Origin: an uncultured Methanosarcinaceae archaeon
Lineage (GTDB): Archaea > Halobacteriota > Methanosarcinia > Methanosarcinales > Methanosarcinaceae
Direction of reading: 5' to 3'
Assembly: GCA_963721455.1 (NCBI GenBank)
Contig: CAVRJG010000045.1
Location: 83,365 to 147,364, forward strand
Length of the DNA: 64,000 bases
In this document: positions 52,901-62,437 of the stretch, piece after piece
How positions within the stretch are numbered: position 1 is the first letter of the stretch
Layout: the number at the start of each line of letters is the position of its first letter
The notes under the pieces: generated by a model
What the model was told of the DNA's origin: nothing
The model's database searches: none
The model's input: the letters and a program-made list of their open reading frames with translations, nothing else
Translations under genes and position numbers: made by a program

Positions 52901-53869
52901 ATGTCAGAAACAGAATACTCGGGAGGAGCAAAATCCCCTGAAAAAGAAGAAAAAAAGGAAAAAAATGGAATGAAAGGGGAAGGAAAAGAAGCAGAAGAAA
53001 CTGGAATTCTGCCCGCTCTTGTAAGTGCGCTCAAAAACGACCTGGGCCCTACCCTTGAGGAAATCGAAGTAAAGGATGTCAGGATAGGGCTCGCCTATAC
53101 CGGTATCCTGCTTTCCGAAAACTACGGGGGCGTTGCCTGTACCCCTCTCTACGAGTTTTCCTGTTGCCCTGCCCTGAGTTTTACGGATGCATTAAAAGGC
53201 AAAACTGCGGATAAAGTGCTTGAACTTGCCCTGTCAGAAAACCCTCTTGAAGCCGCAATCGGGATTGCAACTGCAAATGCCCTATCTCACATGCTTCAGA
53301 ACCTTGAACCTGAGAACTTTCCTGTTTCAAACATAGACGTCCTTGACCTTATAAAACCTGAAGATCGTGTTGCAATGGTAGGTTATTTCGGCCCTCTCGT
53401 CCCGAAAATCCTGAAAATAACCGAGAAACTCACAGTTCTTGAAAAGCGTGAAATCGAACTTCCAGAAACCAGGACACTCCCCTCGGAAAAAGCCAGAGAA
53501 GTCCTTCCCGTATCCGATGTAATCATCCTCAGCGCAAGTACTCTCGCCAACAGGACTTTCGATGAACTCCTTTCTCTCCGGGGAGCAGCAAGAGAAGTAC
53601 TCCTGCTCGGCCCAAGCGCCCCTCTCTACCCGGAGCCCTTTTTTCAAAGGGGAATTACCGCAGTAATGGGAACCCGGATCTTTGATTCCCTCGCTATGCT
53701 TACAGTGGTAAGTGAAGCAGGAGGAACGAAAAAACTTCACCAGTACTGCGGAGAGAAAATTGCTTTCAGAAGAAGCGAACAAAAAAATAGTCCGCTTGAG
53801 CGAAGCGAAACGGACCTCGTGCTGTTGCGATTACATCGCAACTCCCAGAAAATCTCCGATTTCCTGTGA
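52901..53869 (+). CDS. DUF364/DUF4213 (enolase-N plus Rossmann-like) protein; last ~27 codons come from repeat copy C
   Basis: VRIGLAYT, AAIGIATANAL, VAMVGYFGP, STLANRT and LLGPSAP motifs. Confidence 0.85.
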   Translation: MSETEYSGGAKSPEKEEKKEKNGMKGEGKEAEETGILPALVSALKNDLGPTLEEIEVKDVRIGLAYTGILLSENYGGVACTPLYEFSCCPALSFTDALKGKTADKVLELALSENPLEAAIGIATANALSHMLQNLEPENFPVSNIDVLDLIKPEDRVAMVGYFGPLVPKILKITEKLTVLEKREIELPETRTLPSEKAREVLPVSDVIILSASTLANRTFDELLSLRGAAREVLLLGPSAPLYPEPFFQRGITAVMGTRIFDSLAMLTVVSEAGGTKKLHQYCGEKIAFRRSEQKNSPLERSETDLVLLRLHRNSQKISDFL

Positions 53870-53903
53870 TCCCGAAGCGAAACTCGGGAAGCGAAACTCG
53901 GGA
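53788..53903. repeat. Modular hairpin repeat family, copy C
   Basis: tagtccgcttgagcgaagcgaaacggac..gttgcgattacatcgcaac..tcccgaagcgaaactcggga. Confidence 0.9.
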
Positions 53904-54178
53904 AGCGAAGCAGAGGAACGAAAAAACTACACCGGTACTGCGGGAAGAAATTTACTTTTAGAAAAAACAAGTCGTATTCGTGAGTTATTCATTAATTCTT
54001 GCAAAAAGGGCACACTTGCTTTGTTTGTCCAGATTTGTATAGTACCAAAATGGAACTGGAATTTACTCAACGTTTAACTTTTACGTCGTCCGCTGTTGTA
54101 TCGTGTATTGAACTTTCAACTGTTTTTGAATCTGCGAAATCATTTCAGGATACAACACTATATTGTATGGGTGAAATA

Positions 54179-54610
54179 GTGAGAAAAGCACTGATTATAT
54201 TGATAGTGTTGTTCGGCGTATTCCTCGCAATAGGATGCGCGGGAGATAAACCGGTAACTCCAAATGAAACCGGGATCCCAGAACAGGCTGTAACTCCAGT
54301 TGAAGTAGTTACTTCAATTGGAGAAAAGGCAACTGAAAGACAGACTGCAAGTGAAATGCAGAATGTGATAGAGAAATCGGGAACAAAAGAATATACACTT
54401 GAAGAACTTGCAGAGTACAACGGTAAAAATGGGAAGGCATACGTTGCCTATCAAGGCCAGGTCTATAATGTCTCTGATAATGATCTTTGGAAAAATGGCA
54501 GTCATAAAGGATGCAATGCTGGGATAGATCTCACTGGAAAAATGGACACGGCACCACATGGGGCTGAAATATTAAAGGGTTATCCTGTTGTCGGGACTTT
54601 GAAAAAATAA
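54179..54610 (+). CDS. Lipoprotein with cytochrome b5-like heme/steroid-binding domain
   Basis: GTG after GGTGA; lipobox LAIGC; YTLEELAEYNGKNG.AYVAY.G.VY.VS..W..G.H..AG.DLT..APHG. Confidence 0.85.
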   Translation: MRKALIILIVLFGVFLAIGCAGDKPVTPNETGIPEQAVTPVEVVTSIGEKATERQTASEMQNVIEKSGTKEYTLEELAEYNGKNGKAYVAYQGQVYNVSDNDLWKNGSHKGCNAGIDLTGKMDTAPHGAEILKGYPVVGTLKK

Positions 54611-54711
54611 CATAACTCTGCAATCTAAGTTTAACTAGGGCTCTCTTAAACTCACTATCAAACTGAAGATTATTTCTCTTTTTTCCGTTAATTAAGGTGA
54701 ATAATGGTTCC

Positions 54712-55100
54712 GTGAACTACCCCCGACTGAAGTCGGAGGCTTCCTACTTCATTCCCCTGCCCAACCGGCAACGAGTCCATAGGCTCTACCCGCAGTCCCT
54801 GCGGTGAAAAGTGTGATCGTGATACTAGAGATACTTTCCAGCTTCCGGTTTTCTCCGGCTTAGAGTTCCCAATCCCTTTGGGTATTTTGCCCTGTTTCCA
54901 GCTTCCCGATGCTTAGTACATTCCGCTTGGTTGTCGCTAATTGAAAGGAATGCACCATTAATAGCGATGGAATTGTGGTGACAGCAATGTATTATATAAT
55001 TGGGCAGGAATATAGAAAAACGTTTGCAGGAGACATATTATGAGAGGGTTGACGGATTCATCCCGCCACTGAAGTGACGGGGATTCTCATTTTTCGTCCT
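54712..55100 (-). mobile_element. 389-bp non-autonomous IS200/IS605 element retaining both hairpin ends and an omegaRNA-like 3' module
   Basis: Minus strand: aggacgaa..ccccgtcac-ttca-gtggcggg (left end), ttatataa, caccgcagggactgcggg..gagcct.tggac..gaagcctccgac-ttca-gtcgggggtagttcac (right end); no tnpA/tnpB ORF. Confidence 0.75.
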
Positions 55101-55471
55101 AAAAAAAGTACATCTTATTTTCTACCTAATTTAGATGTAGGGCATAAATAGTGAGGATAACTGTAAATTACGGAATTAGACAAAGAAAGGAACTACAAGC
55201 TTTCTCTGAGTAAAGAAATAAAGAGGAGGCTATATTTTTACTAATATAGATTGAATACGAAAAATAATAAATATAAAGCATTAAAAATAAAAATTAAAGT
55301 TTATTAAGCGTTTAAATAAGGGTTGAATAATTAAAATACTGTTTTTATTAGGAAAGCAATAAGATTCTATTTAAGCAGCGGAATAAACTTTATAAGCCTT
55401 TAATTAATAATCATTTTGGGGATAATATATTGAGAGATTTATAAAAAGGACGATTTGGGAGTATAACTAAT

Positions 55472-56200
55472 ATGTTTGGGGAAAATGGAACAAACCTGTC
55501 TAAAAAAAAAGATTTCTGGATAGAGTTTTTCGCAGGTAGGAGAGACGGTGGCCACAGATCTTCAGCTGAGGAATTTATTTCCATGGAAGCAAAAGAAAAA
55601 CTATTCCATCTGGATGGAGGCAAAACACTGCTTGACTTTGGATGCGGTGCAGGCGAACTCCTGGTTTACTACGCGCCGGAATATGAAAGAATGGTAGGAG
55701 TTGATTTTTCCGCATCCATGCTTGACGAAGCAAGCAAAAGAATCAAAGAAAGAAAATGTGGGAATATATCATTAATCCAGGCTGATGACAAAACTGTCTG
55801 GAACAAACTGGAATGCTCCTTTGATCGAATAACCGCAGCTGGAGTAATTCAGTATTTGACATTGCAAGAAATTGACAGCTTTATCTTTAATGCATCAAAT
55901 TATCTCAATAAAGGGGGTAAAATAGTGTTGTTCGACATATTGGACCCTCGCCTATACCCATTGTGGAAAATAGGGCTGTTCTCACAAGACGCAGACCTCT
56001 GGAAAATTTTACGCAAAATCGGTTTTGAGTTTAAGGTTATATTATCGGCAAGCTTGAATAATCGACCAAGGGATATTCTAGGGTTTGCCCATGATCCCAA
56101 TACAATTAGAAAAATAGCAGATAAATATGGTTTTGAAACTACTTTTGTAAAATCAATGTACTACGAATACAAGTATCATGCAATAATATCTAAGACTTAA
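55472..56200 (+). CDS. Class I SAM-dependent methyltransferase
   Basis: LLDFGCGAG, GVDFSASML, FDRI and LNKGG motifs. Confidence 0.88.
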   Translation: MFGENGTNLSKKKDFWIEFFAGRRDGGHRSSAEEFISMEAKEKLFHLDGGKTLLDFGCGAGELLVYYAPEYERMVGVDFSASMLDEASKRIKERKCGNISLIQADDKTVWNKLECSFDRITAAGVIQYLTLQEIDSFIFNASNYLNKGGKIVLFDILDPRLYPLWKIGLFSQDADLWKILRKIGFEFKVILSASLNNRPRDILGFAHDPNTIRKIADKYGFETTFVKSMYYEYKYHAIISKT

Positions 56201-56359
56201 AGGGCCGGGAGTCTCAAGATCAAAGTCTTAAAAAAGGATTAGAATAGCTAAATCGCCACCTTAAGTTTTCCAAGAAATAGAGTAGGAGAGAAACTATTCC
56301 CTCCCTTGGATTGTTTGTTCCCTTCAGTTTATATGCAGAAAGGAAAAACTGTAAAGGAT

Positions 56360-57661
56360 TTACTTCCTTGCTTTTATCTTCTCAAAGAGCTGCTTCAGGG
56401 TATCCTCGTTGCTCTTCGTGAACTCAAAAGGCGAACTCGTGAAAGGTTCAAAGTGCACTGCCACATCGTCAAGCCTGTAGAAAGTCCCGTCACATTCCAT
56501 GGCGTCTATAACGCCCGGAAGCACGACGTCTGAAGCAACGGTGGTCGGGCAGGGAGCGATATCCAGGCAGACCAGGGGGATTTCGGCGAGGTAAGAGGCG
56601 CAGTCTGCAGGAATGTGGCAGACAAGGTCAGCGCACATCACAAGGGCTGCATCCACGTCTTTTTCTCGAAGCACGTCCACGGTTGTAAATTCCCCGGGGT
56701 TGTAACGCGGACATCCGCGTGTGAAGTCAAGCCCGAAGGGGTAGCCGTACATGTAGGAAGCGACCTGGTTAAAGCCTGCCACATTGCAGTGGCCGCGGAG
56801 AGCTCCAAGGGTGAACTTGGCGTAATTGTTCAGTTCCTTTACAAGGTTCATGGCAATTTCGGCGTTCCTGTGCTTTCCGATGGATGACGAAAGGCCAAGA
56901 CCTACTGAGATGGCTCCGAAGTTGCAGTTCTTCATCATATCGAGCAGCTCTTCCATCACAGAGATAGGAACCCCGGTGATCTCTTCTACTGACGGATGAG
57001 GAGTTTTTCCGTGGAGCAGGGTAAGAAGTGCACTGATCAGTTCATAATCGGAGTTCGGTTTGAGCTGCACGTGCAGGTCGGAAGCTTCGGAAGTCGGAGT
57101 CTTTCTCGGGTCCACGGTTATGATGGTCCGGTCAAAGCGCCCGCGTTTGGTCCAGTAGCCTCTGGGGAAAACTCCGTACCTGGACATTTGCCTCGGCATG
57201 GATTCAAGAGGATTGGTTCCCCAGTAGACTATCAGGTCGCCCCTGTTTTTCTTCTGTCCTTCGGTTGCACCTACTTTCCCGGATTCCTGAATTCCCATGG
57301 CTGTTGGCCCGTGACAGATAGTAGCATTGGAGTCAACAATCGCACCCAGGTATTCCCCTATCTTGAGCCCGACTTCATGCGCTTCACAAGAAGTCTCGCT
57401 GCCTAAGAAAAGCAGGGGACGCTTTGCCGAAATCAGGATATCGGCAGCTTTTTCAAGAGCTTCATCCCAGGCGGCAGGCGTCAATTTTCCCCCTTCCTTT
57501 ATAAGGGGCTGCCTGAGCCTATGGGAACTTACAACTTCCTGGAATTTGGCATTTCCCATCTTACATGCATTTTTAGCTTCAATCTTTCCGTCCCCGAATT
57601 CAACCTGGATGTCATCACAGGCTGCCCCGCAGACCGGACAGACTATGTTTTTGAAAATCAT
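56360..57661 (-). CDS. fmdB: Formylmethanofuran dehydrogenase subunit B
   Basis: CPVCGAACDD, SNATICHGP (Cys ligand), LRGHCNV and GTFYRLD motifs. Confidence 0.95.
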   Translation of the reverse strand: MIFKNIVCPVCGAACDDIQVEFGDGKIEAKNACKMGNAKFQEVVSSHRLRQPLIKEGGKLTPAAWDEALEKAADILISAKRPLLFLGSETSCEAHEVGLKIGEYLGAIVDSNATICHGPTAMGIQESGKVGATEGQKKNRGDLIVYWGTNPLESMPRQMSRYGVFPRGYWTKRGRFDRTIITVDPRKTPTSEASDLHVQLKPNSDYELISALLTLLHGKTPHPSVEEITGVPISVMEELLDMMKNCNFGAISVGLGLSSSIGKHRNAEIAMNLVKELNNYAKFTLGALRGHCNVAGFNQVASYMYGYPFGLDFTRGCPRYNPGEFTTVDVLREKDVDAALVMCADLVCHIPADCASYLAEIPLVCLDIAPCPTTVASDVVLPGVIDAMECDGTFYRLDDVAVHFEPFTSSPFEFTKSNEDTLKQLFEKIKARK

Positions 57662-57663
57662 AC

Positions 57664-58053
57664 TCACTGCCCTCCGACATAAACTTTCAACACTACATCT
57701 TCGGCGCTAAGAACCTCTTCTTCCGCGGGCTCAATTTTTACAGGGGAGCCTTTATAGAGAGGGGAGCCCGTAGAAAGGGTATCAGAATCGATGACAACAT
57801 TCGACCAGATGGCCCTCGGCATAAACACATGCCCTGTCTGGACTGAATCCGTACATTTCGTATAAACAACAATCGAATGTTTCCCGTCCCTGCTTGTTAC
57901 TTTTACTTTATCAGGGGAACAAAGTGACACGAAATCCACAGGAGAAATCCAGCAGGATGCACACTCCATAGTGTACTCGTCCGTGAACTTGTCCCCGCCT
58001 TTGGCAAGCCTGCCTTCTTCAATCGTACTTCCTGTAAGGAGTAATACTTCCAT
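57664..58053 (-). CDS. fmdD: Formylmethanofuran dehydrogenase subunit D
   Basis: MEVLLLTGSTIEEG..GHVFMPRAIWSN..TGSPLYKG. Confidence 0.93.
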   Translation of the reverse strand: MEVLLLTGSTIEEGRLAKGGDKFTDEYTMECASCWISPVDFVSLCSPDKVKVTSRDGKHSIVVYTKCTDSVQTGHVFMPRAIWSNVVIDSDTLSTGSPLYKGSPVKIEPAEEEVLSAEDVVLKVYVGGQ

Positions 58054-58063
58054 ATATCTCACC

Positions 58064-58969
58064 TCAGAGCTCCGGGTTTGCGTCTGCAACCACGTAAAGC
58101 ACTCCTTTTGCCCGCTTGCTGATCGCATAGTCCCCTGTGAACTTCTTGAATTCGCCTATTAACTCAACCTCTCCCGAAGTGACTCTATTTTCCATAGATA
58201 CATATTCGAAACCCGGAGAGAAGCGCTCTATTTTGCCCCCTATGACTATGGTGCCGCCTGCCATTTCAGCGCCTACTCCACGAAGAGCTCTGCCTTTTAC
58301 AACGATGAGCCCGCCGTTCTGGCGGATCCCGCAGAAGCCTTCAACATTGCCATCCACAAGAATTTCCCCTCCGTCCATGCCGCCTCCGAGCTGGTGCCGC
58401 GCCGAGCCTTCGATAACGATGCGCCCGCCTTTCATGCCGTGCCATTTGCCTCTGTAAGCACAGCCCACATGGTCTCCGGCATTGCCTTTAATGTGCAGGA
58501 GTCCGCCTGTCATTTCCATACCTGCCCAGGAATCCACATCTCCGAAAACGAGGATCTCGCCTCCTTTCATCCCGGTCCCGACATGCATGCCTGCGGAACC
58601 CTCAATTTCAATTTTTCCTGCACTCATGCCTTCTCCGATCCTTTTGACCCTCATTGCGTCGCCTTTTATGCGGATAAGAGTCTCAGCTGCAGAACTGCCT
58701 CCGTTGCCTTTTACTTCAAAAAAATCGGAAAGAGGATAGGTCTTTGGCCCCTGCCAGACGGAAAGGTTTCCTATTTCCCCGGCATTTTTGCCTGCAAAGG
58801 AATCAGGAGTTATAACATCTGCTTCCAGTTTAATGTCAATTGTTCTTTTAGGAATAAGCATTACTTCTTCCATTTCTCCAGTACTTTTTCCAGTAAAGGA
58901 GTCAGATTTTATAACTGCCTCGAGTTTACTATCGATACTTTTTTTATGAATAAGCATTCCCTCTGTCAT
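58064..58969 (-). CDS. fmdC: Formylmethanofuran dehydrogenase subunit C
   Basis: Repeated G-x-x-M-x-G-G-x-I-x-I-x-G beta-helix; VGCAYRG. Confidence 0.95.
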   Translation of the reverse strand: MTEGMLIHKKSIDSKLEAVIKSDSFTGKSTGEMEEVMLIPKRTIDIKLEADVITPDSFAGKNAGEIGNLSVWQGPKTYPLSDFFEVKGNGGSSAAETLIRIKGDAMRVKRIGEGMSAGKIEIEGSAGMHVGTGMKGGEILVFGDVDSWAGMEMTGGLLHIKGNAGDHVGCAYRGKWHGMKGGRIVIEGSARHQLGGGMDGGEILVDGNVEGFCGIRQNGGLIVVKGRALRGVGAEMAGGTIVIGGKIERFSPGFEYVSMENRVTSGEVELIGEFKKFTGDYAISKRAKGVLYVVADANPEL

Positions 58970-58973
58970 GACT

Positions 58974-60728
58974 TCACCTCTCACTATTAACCTGTATAGG
59001 AGTCGGGTTTGCCAGGAATTTCTCTGGAGTCGGATAGTTGGCAAAGCCCAGGGTGTAGTACCTGAACCACTCCTTCACGTCGACCAGCATCTCCTTTTCC
59101 CTTTCGTCTTCTACGTGTACTTCAGAATAATAAGTCCGCTTCTCAGGCAAGGAAACGATCTCTCCCCTAACAGCCACGATTTCTCCTCCCTTCACGGTAT
59201 ATTCTGCTTTCCTGAAGGTTCGGAGGAGAGCCTCGTAGTTGTTAGGATCGAGCTGCTGCGGGTTTATGTTGTAGACAGTAACATCCCCGTCTGCACCTAC
59301 TCCAAGAGAGCCTTTTCTGTGGACCATGCCGATTGTCTTAGCAGGGTTAGCCCTGGTCAGGATCGCAAGGTCATAGAGGGAAAGTTCCCGGTTTACGCCT
59401 CCGAGTGCGCTCCTGTCATTTGCCCACTTGTGGCACTCACTGAAAGTCTGTTTCCTGAAAGCCTCGGACATGAGCCAGGTCATAACCTCAGGATATTTCG
59501 TAAACGGCCCACCGTTGGGACTGTCTGTAGTCATGATGGTTTTCCAGGGGTCGTTGATAAGCAGGAGACATTCAAGCCCCATTGCCCACTGCAAACTATG
59601 TACCGGGTTGGACTTGAGGTAAGTGAAGGGGATGACACCTGACCCACCCTCCATCTCAACGTCAGTATTCGACCACTTGTTTCCTGTAAGCGTATAAAGA
59701 TCGTGAATGGCAGGCCCGTCTCCGGTCATAACCGTGGCTTCTCCGAAGGGCGTGCATCCGCTGTCGATTACTACGTGATCCTTATTGTTGATGTAGTCTG
59801 CAATGTCTTTTACTCCGGATTCACAGTCTGCCCATGTGGTACCTGCAAAACTGTTGAACATCAGATGGGTGAGGTATACGGAACGGTCCCTGGCAGGATC
59901 CATTTTGGTTTCAGCCCATTCCACGTCCATGTTCTGCCTGGGCTTTACTCCGTCGGGGATTTTGAGGGAATCCTTAGTAATTGCATAGCAGCCGGGGTGC
60001 CCCAGGTTGTTTGCATGTAAGTGGACAGGCATTGGCATTCCAAGGCGCTCGTTGACCTCAGTAAGCCCTTTAATTACCTCTCTTGGGGTAATTTCGAAAT
60101 GGATGTTGGCCTCATCAAGAGAATTTATGTTTTTACCCCAGCCCCAGTTTTCGACTCCTGCAGGGTTGACACATTTAATTCCATAGGTCTTGTGAGTTTT
60201 CATCATCCAGGCAACATAGGCAGCAGCCCTTTCAATGTCCCCGTCCCGGAAGTAACGCATCAAAAAAAAGTTATTTCCGAGTATCAGGTACCCGCCCATG
60301 TCAAGAAGCGGAGTTGCCCGCATCTCTTCATGGGTGTGGCGAGCTTCAAGAGGAGGAACAGCAGCTTCAAAGACTGTTGTGTAACCCATTGCTGCGTAAT
60401 CATACCCCTGTTTGTAGACAGAGGGGACAGTGTATCCTGAACCTGAATGGGTGAGTGAAGTTTTCTGGAGAGTCGCTTTATAGTGGTCTTCCGGACGCAG
60501 CATCCTGCCGGCGTTAACCTTTGCACCTGCAACGTGAGAATGGGAGTCGACTCCTCCAGGCATGACGGTCATACCTGAGGCATCAATAACCTTTGCAGTT
60601 TTCAGTTCGGCCGCAGAAAGCTCTTTTACGACTTTTCCGTCCCTGATGAAGATATCCATAATTTCCCCATTTATTTCATTAAGGGGATCAAAGACGTATC
60701 CGTTCTTGATTGCAATTGTTCCTGCCAT
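58974..60728 (-). CDS. fmdA: Formylmethanofuran dehydrogenase subunit A
   Basis: DSHSHVAG, MGYTT, KCVNPAG, HLHANNLG and TTDSPNGG motifs. Confidence 0.96.
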   Translation of the reverse strand: MAGTIAIKNGYVFDPLNEINGEIMDIFIRDGKVVKELSAAELKTAKVIDASGMTVMPGGVDSHSHVAGAKVNAGRMLRPEDHYKATLQKTSLTHSGSGYTVPSVYKQGYDYAAMGYTTVFEAAVPPLEARHTHEEMRATPLLDMGGYLILGNNFFLMRYFRDGDIERAAAYVAWMMKTHKTYGIKCVNPAGVENWGWGKNINSLDEANIHFEITPREVIKGLTEVNERLGMPMPVHLHANNLGHPGCYAITKDSLKIPDGVKPRQNMDVEWAETKMDPARDRSVYLTHLMFNSFAGTTWADCESGVKDIADYINNKDHVVIDSGCTPFGEATVMTGDGPAIHDLYTLTGNKWSNTDVEMEGGSGVIPFTYLKSNPVHSLQWAMGLECLLLINDPWKTIMTTDSPNGGPFTKYPEVMTWLMSEAFRKQTFSECHKWANDRSALGGVNRELSLYDLAILTRANPAKTIGMVHRKGSLGVGADGDVTVYNINPQQLDPNNYEALLRTFRKAEYTVKGGEIVAVRGEIVSLPEKRTYYSEVHVEDEREKEMLVDVKEWFRYYTLGFANYPTPEKFLANPTPIQVNSER

Positions 60729-61769
60729 TTATTTCACCTCTCTTTTCACAAGCCAGATCGCATCAACAGGGCAGATCATGGCGCAGGCTCCGTCTGCTCC
60801 GCAGCAGTCCTGGTCTACTACCGAAATTCTCCCGTTCTTAACCTCAAGGAGAGTTTTTTCGTCCATGTCGTTCAGGTACCCTGCAGCAAGTTCACGGCTA
60901 TTGAGAGCATTTACAGGACAGACAATTACACAGTTCCCGCAGCCCAGGCATGCAGCTTCATCCGTTTCCAGGCAGGTACGGAGCAGAGCTTCCGGAACAG
61001 GGGCTTCAAGCAGCTTTTTCTCAAGAACGCCCTTTTTCTCAACATCCGGTAGAATTGCAGTTTTTCTGACATCAATAGCATCTACAGGGCAGGCAACCGC
61101 ACAGGCCCCGCAGTAAATGCAGGCATCCGGGCGGTGAGTGATCTTTTCGACTCTTTCTCCAGGCTTAGCCTTTTTGTTAAAAAGAGCATTTGCAGGACAG
61201 ACTTCCACACAGGTGTGGCAGGTCTGACAGACATCTTCGCCCCGGGTCCAGCGCCCTTCAAAGGGTTTTTCCACAGAAATAGCATGCACCGGACACACCG
61301 CAGCACACCAGCCGCAATGGACACAGCACTCCGAATCAATATGGGTCTTTCCGACCAGCTTCAGGCGCCCGTCCGTTGAAATCTCACGGGTTACCTCAAT
61401 ACAGCCTCTGGGACAGATATCCTCACAAAGTCCGCAGTGGACGCAGCTTTCATTTACTGACGTCGGTCTCATGGCCCTGAAAAGGTAGGACATATCATTG
61501 AGGGTTTTTCCTTCCTGCTTTAATTCAAGAGCGCCTGTGGGACAAACTTTCGCACAAATCCCACAGACGATGCACTCTTCACTCTCCTTTATTTCCAGGA
61601 AATCAGCATCCAGGAGTCCTCTTGCTATAGCTCCCACGGCCCCCACCGCCAGGTTACCTTTAGGGCATGCCTGCACACAGGTCCCACAGCCGATGCATTT
61701 TTCAGGTAAATAGACCAGTTGTTTGTCTTTTTTTTCGGCAAAGACAGACAATCGCATATCATCTTGCAT
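60729..61769 (-). CDS. fmdF: Formylmethanofuran dehydrogenase polyferredoxin subunit F
   Basis: Eight CxxCxxCxxxCP-type motifs; ATG 61769 after GAGGT. Confidence 0.93.
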   Translation of the reverse strand: MQDDMRLSVFAEKKDKQLVYLPEKCIGCGTCVQACPKGNLAVGAVGAIARGLLDADFLEIKESEECIVCGICAKVCPTGALELKQEGKTLNDMSYLFRAMRPTSVNESCVHCGLCEDICPRGCIEVTREISTDGRLKLVGKTHIDSECCVHCGWCAAVCPVHAISVEKPFEGRWTRGEDVCQTCHTCVEVCPANALFNKKAKPGERVEKITHRPDACIYCGACAVACPVDAIDVRKTAILPDVEKKGVLEKKLLEAPVPEALLRTCLETDEAACLGCGNCVIVCPVNALNSRELAAGYLNDMDEKTLLEVKNGRISVVDQDCCGADGACAMICPVDAIWLVKREVK

Positions 61770-61786
61770 TTTGTTACCTCTCGACA

Positions 61787-62413
61787 TTATTCTGTGCATC
61801 CGCCGCACAGCAGCTCATTATCATGCTGAATGAACATTTCACCACATTTTTTACAGCACTGTATCCGCTTTTTCTTTCGAACCGGAACTTCAATGTCTAC
61901 AAGTTTCCAGGAATACACTTTTTCTCCTGCAGCCAGGAGGATTGGTACAACCTCCTCATGAGGAAGCTTTTCAGTGTTCAGGAACCAGGCATGGAGTTTG
62001 GGATAGTCTTTTGTCTTCTCAGGGTCGAGGAGGATTCGGACACCTTTTATGCTGTTCACTCCTTCAGGCGCCTGTTTATTTACCGTGACCGCCATCTTCC
62101 CCAGGTAATTGATCTTCAACCCATTGTTTCCGATGGTAGCCGCTGCAAGGATCTGGAATGGGTCAGGCATGCAGCTTTTCGTTTCGCAGGTCACGTATAT
62201 GCGCTCCCCGTCCTGGACATCGAGCACCCTTCTTGCAATATTGAGCATCTGGATGCCGATTAATGCCCCAGAGGTGAGGAAGCCGTGAAAGGGGACGACC
62301 TTTTCAATCTGTGAAAGCAGCTCTGGATCTTTTACCTGCTTTAGGATTGCTTCCATATGGTATTTTTCTTCATCTGAATTTTTATGCAATGTATGCACCG
62401 CCATGGATTTCAT
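61787..62413 (-). CDS. fmdE: Formylmethanofuran dehydrogenase subunit E (start uncertain, 62356-62413)
   Basis: FHGFLTSGALIG, CETKSCMPD and CKKCGE..CGGC motifs; first gene of the fmd operon. Confidence 0.9.
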   Translation of the reverse strand: MKSMAVHTLHKNSDEEKYHMEAILKQVKDPELLSQIEKVVPFHGFLTSGALIGIQMLNIARRVLDVQDGERIYVTCETKSCMPDPFQILAAATIGNNGLKINYLGKMAVTVNKQAPEGVNSIKGVRILLDPEKTKDYPKLHAWFLNTEKLPHEEVVPILLAAGEKVYSWKLVDIEVPVRKKKRIQCCKKCGEMFIQHDNELLCGGCTE

Positions 62414-62437
62414 CGTTATGTTTAATCTAACATAACG
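62414..62437. promoter_or_regulatory. ModE-like palindrome CGTTATGTT-N6-AACATAACG
   Basis: Perfect 9-bp inverted repeat upstream of fmdE; weaker copies at 62498-62521 and 62678-62701. Confidence 0.75.

Noticed and set aside
54835-54907. Two 12-bp repeats 60 nt apart as a mini-CRISPR, or agggcaaa as a c-di-GMP riboswitch
   Set aside because: Only two short units, and the remaining GEMM consensus is not matched.
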